DNA from: Bdellovibrionota bacterium
GTDB taxonomy: Bacteria; Bdellovibrionota; Bdellovibrionia; Bdellovibrionales; Bdellovibrionaceae
Reading direction: 5' to 3'
NCBI GenBank assembly: GCA_040386015.1
Contig: JAZKGG010000007.1
Span: 160,153-184,152, forward strand
DNA length: 24,000 bases
The notes under the pieces were generated by a model. It made no database searches. It was not told the origin of the DNA and was given only the letters and a program-made list of their open reading frames with translations. Position 1 is the stretch's first letter. Every line of letters begins with the position of its first letter. Below are positions 8,189-14,705 of the stretch, one piece after another. The translations under genes and the position numbers were made by a program.

Positions 8189-8196
8189 GTCTGGCG
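8184..8196. repeat. 13-bp direct repeat copy 1 (TCTAAGTCTGGCG)
   Basis: Identical to 8453-8465. It covers the stop codons of the ATPase gene (+) and of the 65-aa ORF (-). Confidence 0.9.
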
Positions 8197-8382
8197 CAAT
8201 CCGCCTGAGGTATTACTGTAAGCTATGCCAGTATTTGGAGCTGTACCCATTTCCCTGTCAAACATGGTTACTAAAATATTTAAGCGAAGAAATGCGAGGC
8301 TTTCATCCACTAGAAATAGAGAGTTTCCCTTACGAAGTTCGAATTTAATAGCATCTCTTAAATAGTTCGCAAATTGTGGCAT
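8185..8382 (-). CDS. 65-aa ORF, doubtful (possible gene remnant)
   Basis: No SD upstream and no motif recognised. It ends in ...RQT-stop, exactly like proC, because its 3' end is the duplicated 13-mer. Confidence 0.25.
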   Translation of the reverse strand: MPQFANYLRDAIKFELRKGNSLFLVDESLAFLRLNILVTMFDREMGTAPNTGIAYSNTSGGLRQT

Positions 8383-8452
8383 GAGGTAGAGGCTTTAGAT
8401 AGATTCGCCCACTTTTGCAATGCGGCGCATGCCAAAAAGTAACGGCCTACCT

Positions 8453-8465
8453 TCTAAGTCTGGCG
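8453..8465. repeat. 13-bp direct repeat copy 2 (TCTAAGTCTGGCG)
   Basis: Identical to 8184-8196. It covers the last three codons plus the stop of proC (minus strand: CGC CAG ACT TAG = R Q T stop). Confidence 0.9.
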
Positions 8466-9284
8466 TGAGATTTCTCGTGAACGAAGGGCTGCTTTTTCAA
8501 AGCTGATGCGCAAAGCACGCTCGATCTCTAGTTCACGCATTGAATTTAAACCTGCAGCAGTAACGCCTTTTTTAGAAGTTACGCGTTGTTGTAACTCTTC
8601 GATGTCTACACCAACAGATTGTGCAGCTAAAAGTGATGCGCCAACAAAAGTTTCAATCGTCATTACTTTAGCCTGTTCAGGTGTAAAGCCATGCTCGATA
8701 ATCCAATCTTGCCAGTACATCATCATTTCAAAAACAAAACCTGTACCGCTTGAGCAAGAAATCATTAAAGCATCAAATTGGTCTTCGGTATCTAATTCTA
8801 AAATTACGCCAAGACCTGAAAATAAATCTTTTGTGATTTCAATAACAGCGATATCTTTTTTATGCGCAAGTAATCCTAAAACTCCGCGACCAATGAGTGA
8901 TGGCGTGTTTGGCATAAGGCGAACTAAACGACCTTGCGGAATTAATTTTTCTAAGGAGTGCATGGGGATTCCAGCAGCTAGTGAAATGATGATTTGATTT
9001 TCATCAAATGCTGATACTAAATTTGCCATCGCCGCGGGAAGATCTTGTGGTTTCATCGCTAAAATAACGATGTCGCACTCTTCAATGATTTGTTCGTTAT
9101 GTTCACGAATTTCGATTTGATATAATTCTTTTAATTTAAGTGGTTTACCCGGAGTGCGGTTTGAAACATAAATTTGATCTGGCCTGAGTAATTTTGACTC
9201 GATCATTCCTTTGATTAAAGCCTGAGCCATGTGTCCTGCGCCGATAAAACCAATTTTGTAAGACCTAAGTAAAGGATGAGTCAT
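8454..9284 (-). CDS. proC: pyrroline-5-carboxylate reductase (276 aa from ATG 9284)
   Basis: MTHPLLRSYKIGFIGAGHMAQALIKG carries the Rossmann GxGxxA/G motif. MPNTP and the C-terminal SKKGVTAAGL are typical ProC blocks. The ORF-track start at 9353 would overlap the upstream gene by 59 nt, so I prefer the internal ATG. Confidence 0.9.
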   Translation of the reverse strand: MTHPLLRSYKIGFIGAGHMAQALIKGMIESKLLRPDQIYVSNRTPGKPLKLKELYQIEIREHNEQIIEECDIVILAMKPQDLPAAMANLVSAFDENQIIISLAAGIPMHSLEKLIPQGRLVRLMPNTPSLIGRGVLGLLAHKKDIAVIEITKDLFSGLGVILELDTEDQFDALMISCSSGTGFVFEMMMYWQDWIIEHGFTPEQAKVMTIETFVGASLLAAQSVGVDIEELQQRVTSKKGVTAAGLNSMRELEIERALRISFEKAALRSREISRQT

Positions 9285-9294
9285 ACTCGTTAGG

Positions 9295-10515
9295 CTACTG
9301 TATTTTTTGCCGTTCGCCAAATAAAACCGTGCCGATTCTAATCCATGTCGCACCTTCTTTGAGAGCGATGTGATAATCGTGGCTTGTTCCCATTGAAAGT
9401 TCAGTTGCTTTTAATTGTTGGGCCAAGTTTTTTAATTTTTTAAAATGAATTTCGTTATCTTCTGCCTCGTTTTGTAGGGGCGGCATGGTCATAAGCCCCA
9501 CAATCTTAACATTTGATAGTTTTTTCAGTTGCGGCCAAGCAGAAATTACGGTGGCTTCATCAAAACCCGCTTTAGTGGCCTCGTTCGACAAATTAACTTG
9601 AATGAAAATCTTTTGCACATGGTCGATTTCAGAAGCTTTTTTTGAGACGAGTTCGGCTAATTCTAGCGAATCAATGGCATGTAAATAGGCAAAATTATTT
9701 TTTAGATATTTTACTTTGTTTTTTTGGATCGGGCCGATCAAGTGCCATTCTAAATTTAGATCTTTCAGGGCTTCGGTTTTTTCTAAAGCTTCTTGAATGT
9801 AGTTTTCACCAAAAGCACGTTGACCCTGACTAGCCAATTCGCGAATTTTTTCTAACGGCTGAAGTTTGCTGACTGCAAGCAAGTTCTGCCCAGGTAATAG
9901 TTTGGCTTTGACTGCAGACAGTACTGATTTTTCAAAATTCCAATTTTTCTGGGCAAATAATTTTTCTAAGGCGGTGAGCGGTAAGCCCACGACGTTGTTG
10001 TAGTCTCCTACAAACCTTTCTACAAACTTTCCCCCCAAACCTTGAATGGCGTAAGAGCCCGCTTTATCCATGGGTTCACCAGTTTTGATGTAATCCCAGA
10101 TGGCCTCATCAGTTAAATTTTTAAAAAACACCTGTGAAGTCTCGATATGAGACACTAAGTCTTTTGTCTGTGGGTCGAGAAGGATGATTGCAGTTTTTAC
10201 TTCATGCATTTTGCCTGAAAGTTTTTTCAAAGTATCAAAAGCATCCTGTTCGTTTTCAGGTTTTCCGATCGCTAAATTTTCTAAACAAACCATCGTGTCT
10301 GAAGCCAAAATAATATTGCCTGGATTTTTGTCAGGACATTGGTCTAGGCAGGTAAAAGCTTTTCTTTTTGCGATGTCGATTATTTGCTCGTCTAAGCTTA
10401 GGTTTTCATTCGGGATTTCCGATATAAAGACTGGGAATGAGACAAAATAATAACCGGCTTTTTTTAAAATTTCTGCGCGGCGTGGAGATTGCGAAGCTAG
10501 GACAATTTTTTTCAT
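9295..10515 (-). CDS. maf-yggS: in-frame fusion of Maf nucleoside-triphosphate pyrophosphatase (aa 1-~190) and YggS/YlmE PLP-binding protein (aa ~195-406)
   Basis: The Maf part has MKKIVLASQSPRRAEILKKAG, ILASDTMV and KAGSYAIQG. The YggS part has LLAVSK (PLP lysine), FGENYIQE, WHLIGPIQKNK and LSMGTSHDY..A...GATWIRIGTVLFG. A single uninterrupted 406-codon ORF. Confidence 0.85.
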   Translation of the reverse strand: MKKIVLASQSPRRAEILKKAGYYFVSFPVFISEIPNENLSLDEQIIDIAKRKAFTCLDQCPDKNPGNIILASDTMVCLENLAIGKPENEQDAFDTLKKLSGKMHEVKTAIILLDPQTKDLVSHIETSQVFFKNLTDEAIWDYIKTGEPMDKAGSYAIQGLGGKFVERFVGDYNNVVGLPLTALEKLFAQKNWNFEKSVLSAVKAKLLPGQNLLAVSKLQPLEKIRELASQGQRAFGENYIQEALEKTEALKDLNLEWHLIGPIQKNKVKYLKNNFAYLHAIDSLELAELVSKKASEIDHVQKIFIQVNLSNEATKAGFDEATVISAWPQLKKLSNVKIVGLMTMPPLQNEAEDNEIHFKKLKNLAQQLKATELSMGTSHDYHIALKEGATWIRIGTVLFGERQKIQ

Positions 10516-10544
10516 TCAACTAAATTTAAACCAAAAGAGGATCT

Positions 10545-11450
10545 ATGGGTAGTGCTGAACTCATGTTATTTACCGGTCTCATCTTAGCGGGTGTGGCGGT
10601 TTATCTTTTCATGACTTCCATTTTGGCGGGCAAACCCGGCGAAGCGCAACTGCAATGGGCTAGTGGTACAGAACCCATCAAATCAAAAAATGGAATCATC
10701 AATCTTTGTCGTCCAATGGTGCATCAGTTCACTCTGCAACATGCGACAAAATTTAAATCAGAACAATACCGTAAAAAAATTCGTCATCTGATCAAAACTG
10801 GCGGTATGTCGGCAGAGATGAACGAAGATGAATTTATTGGTTACCAATTATTTTTAGGAATCGCATTTCCGATTTTTCTTAACATCATGAATTTTTCTTT
10901 GGATCTTGGATTCTCGCCCTTGATTTTATGTCTGCTTGGAGTGGTTGGTTGGTTTATGCCACAAATGCACTGTAAGGCGCAGAAAAAAGCTAGAACTTTA
11001 AGTGTGCAAGCCGACATGCCATTTTTTATTGATCTATTGGCGCTATCAGTTGAAGCCGGCCTTGATTTTTTTGGCGCGATTCAAAAAATCGTAGATAAAG
11101 TGGCTGATCCGAATTCTGTTTTAGCTGAAGAACTAAATACGGTGCTTAAAGACATCAAAGTCGGTTCGTCAAAAACTGATGCGTTAAAAGAAATGGCTGC
11201 ACGCTTAGATATGCCCGAGATCACAAGTTTTGTGGCGGTGTTAATCGATGCTGAAGCAACAGGCGCTAGTATTTCACAAGTGTTAAAAGATCAATCGGTG
11301 CAAATGCGCATGGAAAGATTTGTACGTGCAGAAAAAGCCGGAGCGCGAGCTTCGCAATTAATTTTATTACCATTAATGGGATTTATTCTACCAGCGGTAT
11401 TTATCATGGTGTTTGGCCCAGTGGTTTTAGGATTCGTTTACGGAAAATAG
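10545..11450 (+). CDS. type II secretion system F-domain protein, TadB/TadC-like platform protein (301 aa)
   Basis: N-terminal TM segment. The T2SS-F pattern is MPFFIDLLALSVEAGLDFFGAIQKIV...ELNTVLKDIKVGSSKTDALKEMAARL..PEITSFV..L.DAEATGASISQVL, followed by EKAGARASQLILLPLMGFILPAVFIMVFGP. Size and single-domain layout are typical of TadB/TadC. Confidence 0.8.
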   Translation: MGSAELMLFTGLILAGVAVYLFMTSILAGKPGEAQLQWASGTEPIKSKNGIINLCRPMVHQFTLQHATKFKSEQYRKKIRHLIKTGGMSAEMNEDEFIGYQLFLGIAFPIFLNIMNFSLDLGFSPLILCLLGVVGWFMPQMHCKAQKKARTLSVQADMPFFIDLLALSVEAGLDFFGAIQKIVDKVADPNSVLAEELNTVLKDIKVGSSKTDALKEMAARLDMPEITSFVAVLIDAEATGASISQVLKDQSVQMRMERFVRAEKAGARASQLILLPLMGFILPAVFIMVFGPVVLGFVYGK

Positions 11451-11457
11451 GAAAGAA

Positions 11458-11820
11458 ATGAAAATGGCGAAACTTTATAAAATACAACACGGCGATAAAG
11501 CTGAGCTTCTGATTGAAAATCTAGAGCTGGCCGAATCATTTTTTGCTCGTGGTAAAGGTTTGCTGGGTCGAAAATCTTTAGCTGTTAATAGCGCGCTTTG
11601 GATTAAGCCCTGTAACAACATTCATACATGTTTTATGAGTTTTGCTATTGATTGCATTTTCGTAAATAAAAAAATGGAAATCGAAAAAATCGTATCAGGT
11701 GTAAAACCCTATAAGATTGTGGGTCCATATTGGAAATCAGCTTCAGTTTTCGAAACTGCAGCAGGTTGTGCGCAAAAGTGGAACCTTCAGGTAGGAGATC
11801 AGTTATATGTGGTCAGTTAG
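11458..11820 (+). CDS. DUF192 (COG1430)-like small protein, 120 aa
   Basis: The pattern AESFFARGKGLLGRKSL...ALWIKPCNNIHTCFMSFAIDCIFVNKKMEI...FETAAGCAQKWNLQVGDQLYV follows the DUF192 consensus (A.t...r.rGLmgr..l....G.lf......ihm..m.f.iD..f.d....V....vlEl.aG......i..Gd.v). The start is 7 nt after the previous stop. Confidence 0.6.
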   Translation: MKMAKLYKIQHGDKAELLIENLELAESFFARGKGLLGRKSLAVNSALWIKPCNNIHTCFMSFAIDCIFVNKKMEIEKIVSGVKPYKIVGPYWKSASVFETAAGCAQKWNLQVGDQLYVVS

Positions 11821-13471
11821 AGTATTGTCCGGCCCACAAGCCGGACAGATTTTTGATTTAAAAATGGGAAAAAACCTGCTTGGTCGGGGAATGAACTGTG
11901 ATTTCAAAATCACTTCGGGTGGTATTTCAAAAGAACACGCCGAGATTCATGTCTATAAAGATAAAGTGATCGTGGTTGATTTAAAATCAAGTAATGGAAC
12001 ATTCGTAAATGGTGTAAAAATTCAGAATTCAATTATTAAGCTAGGTGATAAAGTCAGCGTGTTCGATGTGATCATGGATGTGATTCCGTCTCCGGATATT
12101 CGTCCAAAACCAGCGGCGGCAACTCGTCCAGTAGCTTTGCGTCCTCGTCCAGTACAACAACAACGTCAAATGCCTCCACAAATGTACAACCAGCAGCCTC
12201 TTGCATATCCGATGCAAGGCGGGGCGGCGATGCAAGCGCAAATGTATCACCAGCCAATGAATGGTGCGGCTTCACAGCAGAATAATTTTACGGCTCACGC
12301 TGAATTGCCAAAAACTTTGGGTGAGCGCATTGATGATTACATGGAAAATGCAGTGATGCCGGTATTTTATAAAATGTCGGTGGTGTTTCCTTTTAAACAA
12401 GTCTTATTAGGAATGATGATTCTATTCGTGGTTTTTGTGACGATTGCTTCGATGTTTCCTTTAACGACAATTTTACGTGAATCTAATTTTAATGAAGCCG
12501 CAAAACGTGCGAAAAGTGTGGCACGTGCGATGGCGCGCATTAATGAACAGGCTTTGTTATCAGGACAAATTAATAACTTAAATGTCAGCGAAGCTTTAAA
12601 AGAAGATGGTATTAAAGAAGCTATCATTATTATGCAGTCAGATGGTTCGGTAGTAGCTCCGACTGAAAAAGTTGGCCGTGATATGTCGAAATCTTTTGTG
12701 ATTCAAGCGCGTAAAGAGCCGCGCGCAATGGCAGCTCCGGTTGATGATAACACTATCGGTGCAAGTCATCCAATCGCAGCTTATGATCCAATATCTGGTG
12801 AAACGACGGTTAAATATGTAGCGATCGTTTTTTATGATATCAGTTCATTAAATGTTGATGATGGCCGTGTGGTCAGTTTATTCATGCAAACGTTAGTGAT
12901 TTCGGCTTTATTTGGTGTTGGTTTATATTTATTGTTCTCGCGTTTAATCGAGTTTCCAATTCGTCAGTTGAACAAACAAATTGATTTGGCCTTACGTGAA
13001 AAATCAGATCGCACTGAGGTGGCCTTTGATTACCCTGAATTACAAAAAGCAGTGGCTAATGTAAATCTAATTTTAAATCGTATGTGGAATGGTTTAAGTG
13101 ATTTAGAAACAATCAAGCCAAGCCAAAATCGTGATGTTGAATTTTCACAAATGGTCAATATGTTAACCCAACCTGCAGCAGTCATTGGGGCTAACGGATT
13201 AATCATTTCTTGTAATCAGCAATTTGCAACGTTAGTGCAAACAGCTCCAGAAGTACTGGTACAGCAAAACTATAATACCATCACAGATCAGGCGATGGTG
13301 CAAAATCTTGAAAATTTAATAAGACGAGCTCATGAATTAGTTTATGAAACGCATAAAGATATAATTCCATTTTCTCAATTTGAATGTGAAATTTTCTTAC
13401 AGGCTTTCTTAGACAGTTCAGGAGCGCCAGAATACTTTTTTGTGAGTTTAACCAAGGTGAATCAGGAGTAA
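11807..13471 (+). CDS. FHA-domain membrane protein with sensor-like architecture: FHA / P,Q,M-rich linker / TM / extracytoplasmic domain / TM / HAMP-like / PAS-like (554 aa)
   Basis: The FHA signature is LLGRG...ISKEHAEI...VVDLKSSNGTFVNG. Hydrophobic spans lie at about aa 197-221 and 356-380. The HAMP-like segment is FPIRQLNKQIDLALREKSDRTEVAFDYPELQKAVANVNLILNRM. The PAS-like segment is MLTQPAAVIGANGLIISCNQQFATLV. The ORF overlaps the DUF192 gene by 14 nt. Confidence 0.85.
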   Translation: MWSVRVLSGPQAGQIFDLKMGKNLLGRGMNCDFKITSGGISKEHAEIHVYKDKVIVVDLKSSNGTFVNGVKIQNSIIKLGDKVSVFDVIMDVIPSPDIRPKPAAATRPVALRPRPVQQQRQMPPQMYNQQPLAYPMQGGAAMQAQMYHQPMNGAASQQNNFTAHAELPKTLGERIDDYMENAVMPVFYKMSVVFPFKQVLLGMMILFVVFVTIASMFPLTTILRESNFNEAAKRAKSVARAMARINEQALLSGQINNLNVSEALKEDGIKEAIIIMQSDGSVVAPTEKVGRDMSKSFVIQARKEPRAMAAPVDDNTIGASHPIAAYDPISGETTVKYVAIVFYDISSLNVDDGRVVSLFMQTLVISALFGVGLYLLFSRLIEFPIRQLNKQIDLALREKSDRTEVAFDYPELQKAVANVNLILNRMWNGLSDLETIKPSQNRDVEFSQMVNMLTQPAAVIGANGLIISCNQQFATLVQTAPEVLVQQNYNTITDQAMVQNLENLIRRAHELVYETHKDIIPFSQFECEIFLQAFLDSSGAPEYFFVSLTKVNQE

Positions 13472-13479
13472 TACACTAG

Positions 13480-14703
13480 ATGTCGACGGCTGAAAAGCTT
13501 AACCCCGCAGTTCAAATTAAATTGAAAGTGCTGAAAGGACCGCACGAAGGGCAGTCTTTTCACCTTGCAAAGAGCTCGTTTACCTTAGGACGTGGTCCTG
13601 AGAATGAGGTCGTTTTAATTAATGATCCGCAGATTAGCCGTCAGCATGCACGTTTACAAGTGGTTGGCCAAGATATCGAAATTATCAACCTGAGCAAAAA
13701 AAATAAAGTGATGGTTGGTGCAGAAGAAATTCAACGTTGGAAGTTGATCAATGATTCTACTTTCGTACTAGGCGATACAGAAATTCAAATCGCTTTTGAA
13801 ATTGAAAAAATCTCGCCAGTAGCCCCGTTGCCACAATTAGTGCGCATGGGTTTACCAGCAATTCCTACACCTCCAATAGATGTTGAAGCTTCGCCTCCGA
13901 TGCCGGCGGCGCCACAAGCAAAAGCTCCAGCACAACAGCCGGCGCTTCGTAAAAAACCAATGTCTCCGCCAGCAAATCGCCAACAGGTGCCGGCACAAAG
14001 ACACCAGCAAATGCAACCGCGCGGAGCAATGGCTCCAGGTCGCCCGATGCAACAACAGCAAATGCAGCAACGCCCGATGCCGCAACAGCAATATGCTCAA
14101 GCTAATTTAGGACAAGCAAAGCCACAAAAAGCGGGTGGTGGGTTATTAGCAGATCCAAAAGTGCGATTTTATTTAATCGTAGGTGTGGCAGTCCTTAGTC
14201 TAGTTTATTGGTTAAATATGGAAGAGCCTAAAAAGGCCGAACCGACAGAAATTAAGTCGACTTTAAAATATGAAGATGAATATCTTCTTAAACAAAATTC
14301 GGTCACTGAAAAAGAGCTAGACCTGAAACGTAAAAACCAACTCGAACAAAATAACTCGCCGACCAATTTACGTATCCGAGAGAACTTTCAAAAAGGGATG
14401 CGCGATTTTCAGTTAGGAAACTACACTCGTGCCCTAGACTTTTTTCAGGTGGTATTAAATCTTGATTCAGGTCACGTGATGGCCCGTAGGCATTTATATT
14501 TAGCAAAAATTCGCTTCGATGAAATCGTAAAAGCGAAATTAGCACTTGGAGAAAGTTATTATCAGAAGCATAATTTTAAAATGTGCCTGGCTAATTACCA
14601 GCAGGTTTTGATTATGCTTCAGGGTAAAAACAACGATCAAAGTTATCAAACAGCCCAAAGCATGTCAGAAAAGTGTCAACTGGCAGCTGAGGGAATTCGT
14701 TAA
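13480..14703 (+). CDS. FHA-domain membrane protein: FHA / long P,Q-rich linker / single TM / TPR-like C-terminal domain (407 aa)
   Basis: The FHA signature is TLGRGPENEVVLNDPQISRQHARLQ. The linker spans aa ~112-222 (QQQQMQQRPMPQQQ). The TM segment is VRFYLIVGVAVLSLVYWL. TPR-like helices include FQLGNYTRALDFFQVVLNLD and YYQKHNFKMCLANYQQVL. Confidence 0.85.
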   Translation: MSTAEKLNPAVQIKLKVLKGPHEGQSFHLAKSSFTLGRGPENEVVLINDPQISRQHARLQVVGQDIEIINLSKKNKVMVGAEEIQRWKLINDSTFVLGDTEIQIAFEIEKISPVAPLPQLVRMGLPAIPTPPIDVEASPPMPAAPQAKAPAQQPALRKKPMSPPANRQQVPAQRHQQMQPRGAMAPGRPMQQQQMQQRPMPQQQYAQANLGQAKPQKAGGGLLADPKVRFYLIVGVAVLSLVYWLNMEEPKKAEPTEIKSTLKYEDEYLLKQNSVTEKELDLKRKNQLEQNNSPTNLRIRENFQKGMRDFQLGNYTRALDFFQVVLNLDSGHVMARRHLYLAKIRFDEIVKAKLALGESYYQKHNFKMCLANYQQVLIMLQGKNNDQSYQTAQSMSEKCQLAAEGIR

Positions 14704-14705
14704 TT

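Noticed and set aside
8337-8344. GTTCGAAT, a tRNA T-loop-like word near the 13-bp direct repeats (a possible tRNA att site)
   Set aside because: The flanking bases cannot form a T-stem, acceptor stem or anticodon arm. No tRNA fold is possible.
8160-8348. 62-aa plus-strand ORF overlapping the ATPase 3' end
   Set aside because: It starts inside the ATPase gene in another frame, with no SD and no motif. It is probably spurious.
8506-8997. 163-aa plus-strand ORF
   Set aside because: It is antisense to proC, which has unmistakable P5C-reductase motifs. This is a shadow ORF.
9285-9353. N-terminal extension of proC given in the ORF track (start at 9353)
   Set aside because: It would overlap the 3' end of maf-yggS by 59 nt. 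The conserved Rossmann N-terminus begins right after the internal ATG at 9284, 10 nt downstream of the yggS stop.
12041-12275. Two minus-strand ORFs (69 and 67 aa) inside the first FHA gene
   Set aside because: They arise from the GC-rich P/Q/M linker-coding stretch, which is stop-codon poor on all frames. They have no independent signals.
13852-14110. ORFs 13852..14100(-) and 13880..14110(+), Arg/Cys/His-rich
   Set aside because: Same artefact as above, in the P/Q-rich linker of the second FHA gene. The translations are low-complexity nonsense.
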